A stretch of 64,000 bases of DNA from Bryobacterales bacterium. GTDB taxonomy: Bacteria; Acidobacteriota; Terriglobia; Bryobacterales; Bryobacteraceae. The stretch covers positions 945,517 through 1,009,516 of the forward strand of contig CAVQLV010000004.1 in NCBI GenBank assembly GCA_963713415.1, given 5' to 3'. The translations under genes were made by a program, and so were the position numbers. Positions 16,522-27,407 of the stretch are shown one piece after another. The notes below the pieces were generated by a model. That model saw only the letters and a list, made by a program, of their open reading frames with translations. It did no database searches and was not told the origin of the DNA. Numbering within the stretch: position 1 is the first letter of the stretch; every line of letters starts with the position of its first letter.

Positions 16522-17544
16522 CTACGTCCCAAAATTCTCGTTGAGTGCGGCGATTGTCCTCCAGAACGCGCGCCAAAGGCTGAAGTGGTCAGCCGGCAAA
16601 CCAAGCGCCGTAATCGTCAAGTTGTAGCAGAGCTTTCGAATAGGCTTTATGAATGCCCACCCGTAAGCGCGGAGCATCAGGACGTTGTCTGTTGTATCGA
16701 TTAAGGACATGCCCGCGGCGAAGAGCGCCGGGAAGACCAGGATTGTCCACAATGGCAGTCCCGTTGACGCTTCCGAGGCGGATAGCCCAAGAGTCCGATC
16801 TCCGTTGCTGTATCGAAGCCGAGGCCAAACAGCAAACCCAGCGGGTACATATGAGAACTCTTGCGAATCAGCGCAAACATCGGACGGAAGAAGCGAAACA
16901 GCAAGCCTCGGCTATTGAGCAGCAAGTCGAAGTCTTCTTCGCGGTATCGCTCACCGCGCCGGACCCGACGGAAAGCGAGATAGGTCCAACAGAGTACAAA
17001 TGCGTTGACGATGGCTATTCCGAAAAGGAACAGAGAAGACACGAGCGTTCCAATGACGCCCCCGATTTGTTTTGCGGATTCGACGTGGTGCTGCAGACAG
17101 AGAGCTGCGCCGGCAATCATGATCGACCCGAGGATCACGATTCGTGGAATGTCCGAGCGAGAACATGAAGCCGGCGGCGACGGGGTGCTTTCCCTCCTGC
17201 ATCAGCTTGCGGGTTACGTTGTCGATGCCTGCAATGTGATCGGCATCCACCGCGTGACGCAGCCCAAAACTGTAGGCAAGAAAAGCGGTTCCCAGGAGAA
17301 CCGGAAAATGGCGAAACGCCACGACGGCCCAAATTCACACTCCACAATTTAGCGCAAGAAGGAATCCGTAGAGTGCAAGACCTTTGGCTCGGACGTTGTC
17401 CGTTGCGTCGTCGAGGACGCTCAGCAATAGCCGATGCATGGAGTTCTTGGTCAGAGCCTCACTGAGAACAGCTTCGATGGGCTGTGCGACGGGATTGTTA
17501 GCTGGTGGTGTCACTCGTCTCGATATGGCCGACAACTGCGACAT
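16522..17544 (-). pseudogene. hoxN: NiCoT (HoxN/NixA) nickel/cobalt permease with at least 3 frameshifts
   Basis: Four consecutive minus-strand ORFs in different frames tile one NiCoT protein: 17335..17544 (RAKGLALYGFLLALN), 16951..17322 (LGTAFLAYSFGLRHAVDADHIAGIDNVTRKLMQEGK...FSLGHST, the HX4DH signature), 16701..17138 (HMYPLGLLFGLGFDTATEIGLLG) and 16522..16752 (FPALFAAGMSLIDTTDNVLMLRAYGWAF). Confidence 0.85.
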
Positions 17545-17547
17545 CCA

Positions 17548-20008
17548 TCAAAAACTCCTTCGTATCCCGAATCGTATCTGAAACGGTTCTACCGGGTGGA
17601 AAACGTCTGTGAATGCCGCATCGGCCGTTGGTGTTATCCGGGCTGTAATAGGCGTAGTCGATCTCGTGATCCTTGCCGTTCCGCAAATTCAAAGCCTCGA
17701 CGACAAAACTCCATTTCCTGGTGATTCGATAACGGACCTCGGCATTGAGCAGTACCGTCGAAGCAGAACGATAAATTCCGTCCGAAGTCAGATCCCGGGG
17801 ACCAAAGGCGCGCAGGCGCAAACTCGCCGAAAAGCGTTTGTAATCATGCATCGTGGCGCCTGCTGACGCCACCAATCCCACCGCTTCGGGTACCCGCTTG
17901 CCACCGGGGCTGTTCGGCGCCGCGTCATCCGCGTCGATATGGGTAAAAAAGGCTCTGGAATCCGCAAAGTCAAAATCAAAAGCCCAATGTTCGAGCGGCG
18001 TGTAGTAGTTCGCCCATTCAATGCCATAACGGTTGCTCGGCGACAACGAAGCGACCGTTCCTCCGGTGTCGCCATCCTGCAGCAGTTCGGATTGACTGTG
18101 GAGGTACCAGAGTGAAAATGTGCTTTGCAGATGTGGAGCGGCGGTAGTGCGCACGCCGACTTCCGACCCCTTCGTTTGGATTAGGGCCGGGATTCTCGAC
18201 GTGGCCGTGGGAAATGGATTGTCCGGCGAAATCGGTTCCTCCTTCTGCGTTGCACCACGCGCGTCGTTGCTGTGGAAACTGAATCCGCCCTGTACATAGA
18301 ACTCAGTCTTGGACCAGGGGCCGAAAATCAAACTCGCTTTGGGTTCGGGCATGAATTGGGTGACCGTGCCCGAATTGGCGGCCGCAAAGTTGACTACCGG
18401 AGCGCCGGGTAATTCGGTGGCGGTGTAACTCGGCGTCAGGCTGGTGACGTTATCGAATACTTCGTCGCCGCGGAAGGCGAGGACTGTGCGGAATCTTTCC
18501 GCCCACTGAAGTTTGTTCTCCACGTAAAAGCCGAACATCGTCTCGGTGAACCGATTCACATCCGTGTCCGCGGGCAAGACGGCTACCAGGTTCGGATCGC
18601 TGTTACATGCGTCGATGGGTTCGTCATTGCACGCGTTGATATCGTTCTTGTCCGTGCGCGCGCGGTTGTCGGTCCGGTAAAGGCCGTTGTGCACCCAATC
18701 GTTGCGGACCTGCAGGCCGAAGGTATTCTCCACCTTGCGGCCGAACCAATTGTTGAAAAGTGTATGGCGTACGTCGACTCCAAGCACAAAGCGGCTGTCC
18801 TGCTGTTCGAACTGATCACCCTTGACGGGGTCATCCAGGTAGTAAGTGAAATCCGAAAACAGATCGAGGTAGTAGTAGAAACCGTAGGCCATGATCTGCG
18901 TTCTGGAATGATCGTTCTGGCGATGCCATTCCGCCTGCAGGCTATGACGCTGCGAATTGCCGCCGTCAGTGGGGTTCAGCGCGCCGAAGAAACCAACCAG
19001 GGGCACCGCGGCGATCGGGATCTGGTCGCTTGAGTACCAGTTTCCGTGATAAGTGTGGGCCGTGATACTGAACCCATTGGCTTCATCGCCCTGGCTGTAG
19101 GTCAGGAGGCCGTTTAACTTGGAATAATTGTCCGAATATGTCCATGGACCGTCGTCGTGATAGAACTCGCCGCCGAAGAGCAAGTTGCCCGAGCCGACCT
19201 TTTCCGATACGCCGAAGACGGCCCGCTCATACCCATACATGCCGCCTTCCACCTGGAAGAAGTTCTCGGGCAGCGTCTTGTAGAATTCCAGATGGGCCGA
19301 CCCGGCTGAGCCATAATCGCCGACATCGGCGTAATAGGGACCTTTCTCGTAATTCACCCGCTGCACAAGCTCCGGGATGACGATGTTCATGTCCGCGTAC
19401 CCCTCGCCGTGCGCATGCGACGGCAGGTTCAGTGGCATATCATCGAGGAAAACGGCAAAATCCGTGCCGTGGTCGAGGTTGAAGCCCCGAAGGAAATATT
19501 GGTTCGCCTTGCCACCGCCGGCGTGTTGCGTGATGATGACGCCGGGTACCGTCTCCAAAACTTCCCCTGAACGAAGAATGGGACGATCCTCAAGTTCCGT
19601 TTGGCCCACCGTTCCCTGGGTGGCGGACTGGGCGATTCCGGTAAGGTCATCCGCGCGACCTTGCACGTTTACGCTGGGTCTCACAGACCCCAGGGCCAAA
19701 GAGATGCGGAATGGGGCGGGCGCCTCGGCGCCTATCGTGACGGGAATTTCTTTGGTTTCAAAATCGGCGTGAGATACCACGAGCCGATAATTACCTGCCG
19801 AGAGTCCGGAGATTGTGAAGGAGCCATTCGTATCCGACTCGGTCGTTTTGAGTACGGTACGGTTCGCGCTTTGAACCTGCACGGCGGCCCCGGCGACCCC
19901 GGCGCCAGAGGAATCGACGACAGTTCCCGATACAACCACGTCCGCGGCCCAGGCACACCACATTGTCGCGAAGAGGATGGAAGTGATGACGACCGGGCGT
20001 CGGGGCAT
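17548..20008 (-). CDS. TonB-dependent receptor with a CarboxypepD_reg N-domain; frameshift about 30 codons from the 3' end
   Basis: Signal peptide, VSGTVVDSSGAGVAGAAV...NGSFTISGLSAGNYRLVV, plug and barrel motifs. The annotated frame ends in unrelated sequence at 17498. The adjacent frame reads ...ADAAFTDVFHPVEPFQIRFGIRRSF*, a canonical TBDR C-terminus, stopping at 17548. The shift lies near the C/G run at about 17640-17650. Confidence 0.85.
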
Positions 20009-20042
20009 AGGCTCCTTTCATCTGCGCTACAGATGTGAGAAA

Positions 20043-20071
20043 CGTGCTACTGGCCTAAAAAGGGTAGCACG
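20043..20071. promoter_or_regulatory. Candidate NikR operator (8-bp inverted repeat, 13-nt spacer)
   Basis: CGTGCTAC-N13-GTAGCACG lies between the divergent TBDR (start 20008) and nikR (start 20141). This geometry resembles known NikR two-half-site operators. Confidence 0.4.
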
Positions 20072-20140
20072 ACGTATCAAACGGTGTTACGCACCAGGCG
20101 GGTGCTTCGGATTTCTGACCCGTCGGACAGGAGCCCGACA

Positions 20141-20280
20141 ATGGGTGGATTGGCGCGCATTGGAATTGCGATTCCCGAAGAGCTATTGGAGGACTTCGAC
20201 CGGCTGATCGAGAAACGCGGCCATGCAACTCGGTCTGAGGCCGTGCGCGACCTTGTGCGCCAGGAGTTCGCAAACGATCA
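20141..20280 (+). pseudogene. nikR: nikR, only the ribbon-helix-helix N-terminal ~45 codons remain
   Basis: [43 protein letters not shown] is a NikR/CopG RHH domain. The reading frame then runs straight into IstB sequence. No metal-binding C-domain was found in the flanking sequence I read. Confidence 0.7.
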
Positions 20281-21035
20281 GCAATGGACCTGGCGCGAGA
20301 ATCAGGCCCTCGCGCGGCGGTTGCACGCCGCCAAACTCAAGGACGGCGCCTGCGTGGAAGAGATCGACTATCGCGCAACTCGTGGCTTGGACAAAAGCGC
20401 CATCCGTGCTTTGGCGCAGAAATTGGTCTGGGCTCAGAATCACGAAAACATTTTCGTGCTCGGGCCCACAGGTGTTGGCAAGAGCTTCGTGGCTTGCGCA
20501 CTGACACAGAAGGCGTGCAGCGATGGATACTCGGCGCTTTACACTAGCGCCGCCGCGCTGTTTCGCGATCTGGCCATCGCGCCGGCCGACGGTAGCCTGC
20601 GCAGTTTGCTGGCCCGCCTGAGCCGCATCGACGTGCTGGTGATCGACGACTGGGCCCTCGCTCCACTCGCCGAACCGAGCGCCGCGACTTCCGGGAGTTC
20701 TGCGAGGATCGCTATCAACCTCGCTCGACCATCCTGACTTCGCAGCTTCCCGTCTCGCGCTGGCACGAGCAAGTCGGCGATCCAACCGCCGCCGACGGCC
20801 TGGTTCACAACGCTCATCGCATCGAAATGCGCGGCGATTCTATGCGCGAGAAACGCAGTCCTGAGCCGTCGGGCTAGCGCTAGCGCTCCGGATCGGTTTC
20901 TCTTGGCGAAGACGAACACTTTTTGCAAAATCGAGTTGCCAGCATCGCGACGCTCCGAGATCTGTTCGCCTTCGGCCCGGAATGCCGTTCGCGCTCCCTT
21001 CGGAATCAGCGTTCGCCTTCGGCGGAATCCTCAAC
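20281..21035 (+). mobile_element. istB: IS21-family remnant: 5'-truncated, frameshifted istB plus terminal repeat array
   Basis: [16 protein letters not shown]...[12 protein letters not shown]...[19 protein letters not shown]...[14 protein letters not shown], then a frameshift near 20680 into [59 protein letters not shown] (stop 20876). Three ~22-bp direct repeats (C)GTTCGCnnTCnnGGAAT lie at 20963-21030, like IS21 multiple terminal repeats. No istA. Confidence 0.75.
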
Positions 21036-21203
21036 CAGCCTCATGACTAGCGGCAGAGCCAGCGACGATGCCAACAGAATGTATCTAAAGATTTGGGTAA
21101 CGCTTTTGGCCCGAGGGGATGGTTGAGATGATGTAAAGAGTTTTCTCCATATCGATATAACCGAGAGCATGATCGGACGATGTAGATAAAATCCTTTCTC
21201 GCG

Positions 21204-22186
21204 CTATCCCCCGTCGTGTGATGAAGATGTTGGGAGCAGCAACACGATCTCTCGTGCGGCATCCTGAATTTCGCGGCTTTGGACGTAAACATGCGCGGAC
21301 TGCTGAGGATCTAATTGTTCGCTGAGGAATTCGTGCAGAAAATGCGGCTGATAGTACGCATAGACCCGCGCGCCGAACCGGAACAGATCGGATGCCAACT
21401 TCCGAAAGCGATCGACGCCGCGTCGTTCCCACTCACGCACGAGCGCCAATCCCTCGTCGGCGAGATCTGTCGCTTCGTGGACGTCCGCCATTACTGTTTC
21501 GCTTTCCGCCTGGACTGACAAACGGCGTGCGGCAACGTGACAGAGCACGTGACGCGCTTTGAGGCCGGCCTCCGCCGCTGCGGCATCCTCATGTTCTTGT
21601 GTCATCACCAAAGCAAGCGCTCGCCGCGCTGCCTCGCGCCCTGCGCGGTCCGACACGTCGTCGCCTCCGACGCCTGAATGTTCGCGAGGTTCATCCACAC
21701 GACTGCGAGTAGATAGTCGCGCTCAGGCATGTCCATCGCCTCGGCGTGGTCGAGGACCGCAATGGCGTCGACCAGGGCGGCGATGGCGTCCGCCGTCGCC
21801 GGCGGGTTCCGCGCGGCAAGGACCAACGCCCGATTCTGATGGGCGATCGCTAAGCGTTTGGAAAAACGCGTGTCGTCGCCGAGCGGTAGGGGACGCAGGA
21901 GTGCCAACGCTTCGTCGTAGGCGCTAAGCGCCAGCGCATGGTGGGCGGGGCCAAGACGCGTGAGCGCCTCAGCGCGATTAAGCCAGCAGGCGGCCAAGCC
22001 GTAGGCGTGAATGGGCACATCCGTCGGCAGCCGGCGTCGCAGTTCGAGCGCACGATCGAAATAGGGAAGCGCGTCCGCGTCGTTGCCGGACTGCATCAGA
22101 CGGATGCCTTTCTTCATGAACACAGACGCGTGCGCGTCGATGGCTTGGATCTCCAGAGGGTCCAGAGTTCTGGCGGATGAGGTCAC
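21204..22186 (-). pseudogene. TPR-like helical-repeat protein with one frameshift (about 21650)
   Basis: ORFs 21605..22186 and 21204..21698 overlap and join as ...VVWMNLANIQASE/DDVSDRAGREAARRALAL.... The GTG start overlaps the piuC stop (GTGA). Confidence 0.55.
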
Positions 22187-22870
22187 AGCTCCGCCCAGTA
22201 ACGGATGATGTTGTGGTAGATGTTCGTGAGTTTGCGGACCTCGGGGTCGTTGCGGCCAAGGCGTGGGACCAGTGCCTGGATCGCATTGTCCATGTCGAAG
22301 GTCATCCGCCGCGCAAGCGGGTCCTTGATCATGCTCTGCAGCCAGAAGAAGGAGCAGATGCGCGCGCCCCTCGTGACCGGAGTCACCAGGTGCAGGCTAG
22401 TCGACGGGTAGAGGACGAGATGGCCCGCCGGCAGCTTGACCCGGTGGGAGCCATAGTAGTCGTCGACCACCAGTTCGCCGCCATCGTACTCCTCAGGCTC
22501 CGACAGGAACAGGGTGACCGAAAGATCGGTGCGGATGCGCAGGCCGGTAAGACGGTCGCCCCGGATGCAGTTATCGACGTGCTCGCCGAAGAACTGCCCC
22601 GGGACGTACTTGTTGAACAGCGGTGGGAAGATGTGCAGCGGCACCGCGGCGGAAACGAACAGGGGGTTGGCGGCGAGCGCACGGAGAATGCGCTCGCCGA
22701 GTTGCCGGGACGTCTTGCCGTCGGGCGGCAGCTGTTCGTTCTTCTTCACCTCCGCCGATTGCGCCCCAGCCGTCGAGCGGCCATCCTCCCAGGCTTCGGC
22801 GTCCATGATGCGGCGGAAATCCGCCACATCATCTTTGCTCAGGACATCGGGGATGAGATCAGCATGCGTG
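22183..22870 (-). CDS. piuC: PiuC/YbiX-type Fe(II)/2-oxoglutarate PKHD hydroxylase; apparent frameshift in the first ~5 codons
   Basis: FFGEHVDN...[69 protein letters not shown] is close to E. coli YbiX. The conserved N-terminus [13 protein letters not shown] is in frame but has no start codon. The ATG CTG ATC at 22866 sits in another frame. Confidence 0.8.
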
Positions 22871-22876
22871 GATCAC

Positions 22877-25536
22877 CTACCGCTTATTAAAGTTAAAGGC
22901 CAGGCTCAGATAGACCGCCCGGCCGGGGGCGACTTTAACGAACGGCTGCGAGCTCTGGTACAGGGAGTCGTAGTAGGTCTTGTTAGTCAGGTTCTGCCCA
23001 TAGAGCTTTCAGGCTCGCGAGCGCGTTGATCTTGGACTCGGCGAAGGCGTCGAACCGCCAATATGAGGGTAGGAAGGTCGGGTTCGGCGCGCCGGGGTAG
23101 GCGATACCGCCGTTCGCAGCGAGCAGCGAGCCGCCTTCGATCTTCGAGGCGTAGACGCTCTGCCCGCCGAGTCTCCAGCCGTCTCGTAAGCTGGTATTTG
23201 GTCAGGAGGTTGAACGATTGGGGTGCGATGTTGGCCAATTGCAGGCCCACGTTGGTCGGCACGATCGACTTGGTGACCTTGGGGTCCATCAGCACGAGGC
23301 CGCCCATCACGCTCCACTTGTTGGTGATCTTGCCGGCCAGTCTCGAAGTCGCACCCCGTTGACGCGATAGGCTGCGCCGGCGACGATCTGGCCGCTGGTG
23401 TAGCCGGGCAGGCCGGCCGGCGCCGTTTCCCGTGCGTTGGTCACGTCGGTCTTGAATGCGGCGGCGGTCGCCAGCAAGTGTCGTTGGAACAGCTCCCACT
23501 TGGTGCCGGCCTCATAGGACCTGCTCTTCTGAGGTCCGAAGATTTGCGTTGCGTTCTGGGTCGCCGCCAGGCCGCCGTAGCTGCTCGACGTCGCGTCCAG
23601 TTCGTCGCCGACCGGATCGGCCGCGGTGGCGTAGGCGAAGTAGAGGCTGCCAATCTTCACCGGCTTGACCACCAGGTTGCCGTTCTAGCTGGTGATGCCG
23701 TCGTTCGCCGACTGTGAGCTCGTATTGTTCGCGGCGCTGATGTGGTAGTCGTCGTACCGGATTCCGGCGTTCAGGATGATGAAGTCGTGGTAGTTCGCCG
23801 TGTCCATCAGGTAGCCGGCGTTGGTGTCCACGTTATATTTCAGGGGATTTCCGGCCAGAGTGAATGGGGCCCGACCCGTATAATCATTGTGGCGGATTGT
23901 AGACGCTGACGATCGGCGCCCCGGTCGACGTGAAGGCGACAGGTCCCGTCGTCAGTTCGGACGTCAGGCCGCTATAGCCCTGGATGCTGATCCGCTCGTT
24001 GGAGAACTCTCCGCCGACGATCGCCGTGTGACGGATTTCGCCCGTGTCGAATTTGAATACGCATCTCGGGCTGATCGTTGATGACACTCACCGGCTCGTA
24101 ACGGCTTTGCGCATTGAGCTGGACGTAGCCCGAGAAGAACGTCAGCGTCGAGGAATAGGGCGCGGTCGCGCCGCTGGCGCTCGGGTTCTCGGGGATCGTG
24201 CCGATGTAGTTCAGGAGGGAATGGCTTGCCCGGAACTTGTTCTCGAGCGTGATATGGTCGTTGAGCTTCCACTCGGCGTCGAGCGTGCCGATATCCTGCG
24301 TCGACTTGAGTGAAGTCCCGATTGACGGCGCCGTAGTAGGTGTCGCGCGGCACGCCGCTCTCGGTGACCGGCTCGCGTGTCACCTGGTCGGTCGGAACGC
24401 CAAAATCCGGAATGCCCCAAAGATAGGTATGAGAGTAGTTCGCCGTCAGCTTGAAGTTCGTCCGTCGGGTGGTAGAGCACGTTGCCGGCGAGGCCCCAGC
24501 GATTGTCGGTCGTGATCTGCGGCCGGCGACGTCGGCGTACTGGACCATGCCGTTGAAACGCACGTCCAGCACCGGGCTGATCTCCTTATTGATGTCGACG
24601 GTGCCACGCCTGGTAGAGTCGCCGAAGCCCGCCCTCCACGCCGAAGTGATAGAAGTCGGTGTTCTGGGCTTCCTTGGTGACGACGTTCAGCGCGCCGCCC
24701 GTCGTGCCCCGCCCGGCGAACGAGGAGGCCGGCCCGCGCAGGATCTCGACCTGCTCGTCGTCGAAGTTCTCGCGGATGCTGACGCCGGGGTCCCGAACGC
24801 CGTCGACGAAGACGTCGTTGCGCGCATCAAAGCCGCGGATGAAGAAGCGGTCACCGAAGGCGTTGCCGCCTTCGCCCGATCCCAAGGTGATACCGGCCGT
24901 CGACCGCAACACTTCACGGAGGGTCGTCGCGTTCTTATCTTCGAGCGCCTCCTGAGTAAGAATCGTCTCGGTCCTTGCCGTGTTAAGGACCGGCTCGGTG
25001 AATTTGTCCGAAGATAGGCGATCAGCCTTGTAGGGCGCGTCCGGGTCTGCATAGGGGTCTGCGCCGGGAGCAAGTCCCGTCACATTGACGGACTCGTGTT
25101 GGGAACGAAGTTCGAAGGTCACAGCGGCCGGCGCCGTGAAGCGGAACGTCACGCTGGTCCCTTTGAGCAGATGCTGGAGCGCGTCGTGAATCGTAAATGT
25201 CCCAGAAACCCCCGGCGATGCGACGGTGCCGATTGAATCGGGGGACAGCGTAAATGTAATACCCGCGATACGCGCCAACTGCGTAAGCACCTCCGAAAGC
25301 GGTCCGGGCGCGACGTCAAACTGCTGAGCCTGCGAGGACGGGCCGCCCTGCGTTTTTGATATCGAACCGCCGGCCTGCGGCAAGCTTTGTGCTCGAGCCA
25401 CATTCATCGTCTTACTGCCTACTGCGGAACATGCAACGACAGCTCCGATCGCCGTCCATCGATACGTGACCGGCCAACTATTCTGGCTATTCGCAGTCTC
25501 TTTCCTTTTGCCAGCCATCTTGGATTCGAACTTCAT
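22877..25536 (-). pseudogene. TonB-dependent siderophore receptor with an STN signalling domain, at least 5 frameshifts
   Basis: 24586..25536 encodes signal peptide + STN (FDVAPGPLSEVLTQLARIAGITFTL...) + plug (FIRGFDARNDVFVDGVRD...EILRGPASSFAGRGTTGGALNVVTK). The barrel is scattered over ORFs 23964..24572, 24211..24480, 23884..24087, 23307..23672 and 22987..23499. The C-terminus YGQNLTNKTYYDSLYQSSQPFVKVAPGRAVYLSLAFNFNKR* stops at 22877. Confidence 0.8.
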
Positions 25537-27049
25537 TCCATTCTTCTCCCTATATAAATTTCGTGCGAGGCGCGTATTTGTATTTCGCTTCCTAAAGGCA
25601 AATAAATCTCACTATGGAGCGGATAAGATCACAGCTTGGTTCAGGAGACGAGTGCTGCCTGCGCCTCCTTGATGACAACCCGACACTGACAGTAAGAAGA
25701 TCATCGAGAAACGGACAATGTGCGTTTGCGACTGTGCCGCACATTCGCAAGAGGTTTTCGAACCAGCCGCCGTGCGATGGTCGTAGGTAGTAAGCCAAGC
25801 CATATCGGACCTCTTTGGTCCATATTAGGCAACTGCACTTCTCCTGTCAAGAAATTTCCGCAACTGATTTGCACAGGGGGATAGCCGTAAGAAAAACTGG
25901 ATGTAGAGCAGGATCACTTTTCCAGGGCAGTTGGCCTGCTATCACGGAGGATCTAAGACCTACGGTGTGCGCACGGGTCCAACGCCATCGTGAGCCAATG
26001 CGGACGTCTGCTCGCAACCAGGTTGCAAATACCATGGCAAGTGATATAGGATCGAAATGGTCTGGTTTCTCGTCATGAGACCCATAACAACATGAAGCCG
26101 GCCCGAGAACGAAAGAGCTCTTGGCCCCAGCCTTCGGGTGCCTATAAGTGAGAAAACTGAAAAGTGATTACGCAACAAGAAACATCGGTGATTATGGTGC
26201 GAACGATCTGCTGCGAGTCCTACAAGGTCTGTGGCCGACGGTGTTCTTTGTGTCCTGGGCGCGTCGAAAACCAAGCCGCGATCCTTCGGTACAAAGAAGC
26301 CATCGCGGCCGGAGAGCTGAGAAGGCGCCCAAATCGGGAGGGTTCAACGCATGATCCGACACTCCCCGGCTGCTTAGGATAATTTTCGTGATCTTTCTGA
26401 ACCAAGGTTGCGACCATTGTCATGGTCTCGCGCCTGAATTACCAGAGTTAGCTCCTCGCCGTCTCTAGAGCTGTTTGGATAGCCAAATGCGATTCGGGTC
26501 CAAAACAATGCGCATGATGGGGCATACGGGTGGCCAGTTGGGAGTTGGACTGCGGCATTACGCTATGAGGCCCTCAACCGTCCGATCAGAGCATCAGAGG
26601 TGGCTACCAAGTTGGACACGGCCACCTGGTCGGAAGCTATACCAATACGCTGACCGAAAATCGCTCGCTGACTTCCAAGAGAGCAGCGTTTAGCCCGACG
26701 CGCCAGCATAATCCCGGGTCGCTTCCCAGTTGATCTGACCCATGCAGAGGTCGCTGGGTGGCCCCGACGCACTGCTCAGCAGCCCCTGGCGGCGGATTCG
26801 GCTGCGATTTCCGACCGACCGATCTCTTAGTTCACCGCGGAAGCGGAGCGCGCCCCTCCGGAAGCCTCGTCGAGCATATCGCGGAAGCTCCGTTCGATTC
26901 AGACGTTCAGGAATCGGCGTTTCGTGTTAGTGATCCTGCCCCTCCTTCTAATACCGGTCGCGAATTATTCGATGCGCCACCGTCGCGCCGATTTGAAGAG
27001 AATGCCAAAGTACGAGGGATAACTTTTTTGAGCCGGGCACGAGCGAGTT

Positions 27050-27375
27050 CGCATCGAGATGCCAGTGTGCTAATACCCTTCGACCAGACCCACAACCCTG
27101 GACACGGGGGCAGCAGTTCAAATCCCTTGCGAATTCCCGACGGAACCAAGGCGAAAAGGCCCGCACCAAGCTCAATATTACGCGCCCAAGAGAACTGGCG
27201 TATGGTGCGAGCCCAAATCCGTAACGACAGTGGACTCGGCTTATGCCACGATCGAGGCCAACCGCACCCCTTTGCGCCCCTATAGGACGCAAGTGTCTGG
27301 AACCGGCTGCGCGGGTTCGCGAGACGTTCACCTTCGCGTACCAGCACGGCGGGGCCCTCGCTGTTCGATGTATGG
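27050..27375 (+). pseudogene. 3' relic of a second czcC-like outer-membrane factor gene
   Basis: The nucleotide stretch ccgacggaaccaaggcgaaaaggcccgcaccaagct parallels czcC ccggaaccaaggcgaaaaagcccgcacgaaact. The peptide EPAARVRETFTFAYQHGGALAV parallels czcC EQAVRVRESVTLAYQHGGASLL. Frames are broken. Confidence 0.6.
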
Positions 27376-27407
27376 CACGCATTAATAGGCAAAATGGGGG
27401 CGATAAA

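Noticed and set aside
20084-20737. 217-aa ORF as one genuine protein
   Set aside because: It is a chimera: a NikR RHH domain (from 20141) fused to IstB residues, and IstB then continues in another frame after about 20680.
22177-22890. 237-aa + ORF
   Set aside because: It is antisense to piuC, whose translation matches YbiX/PiuC closely.
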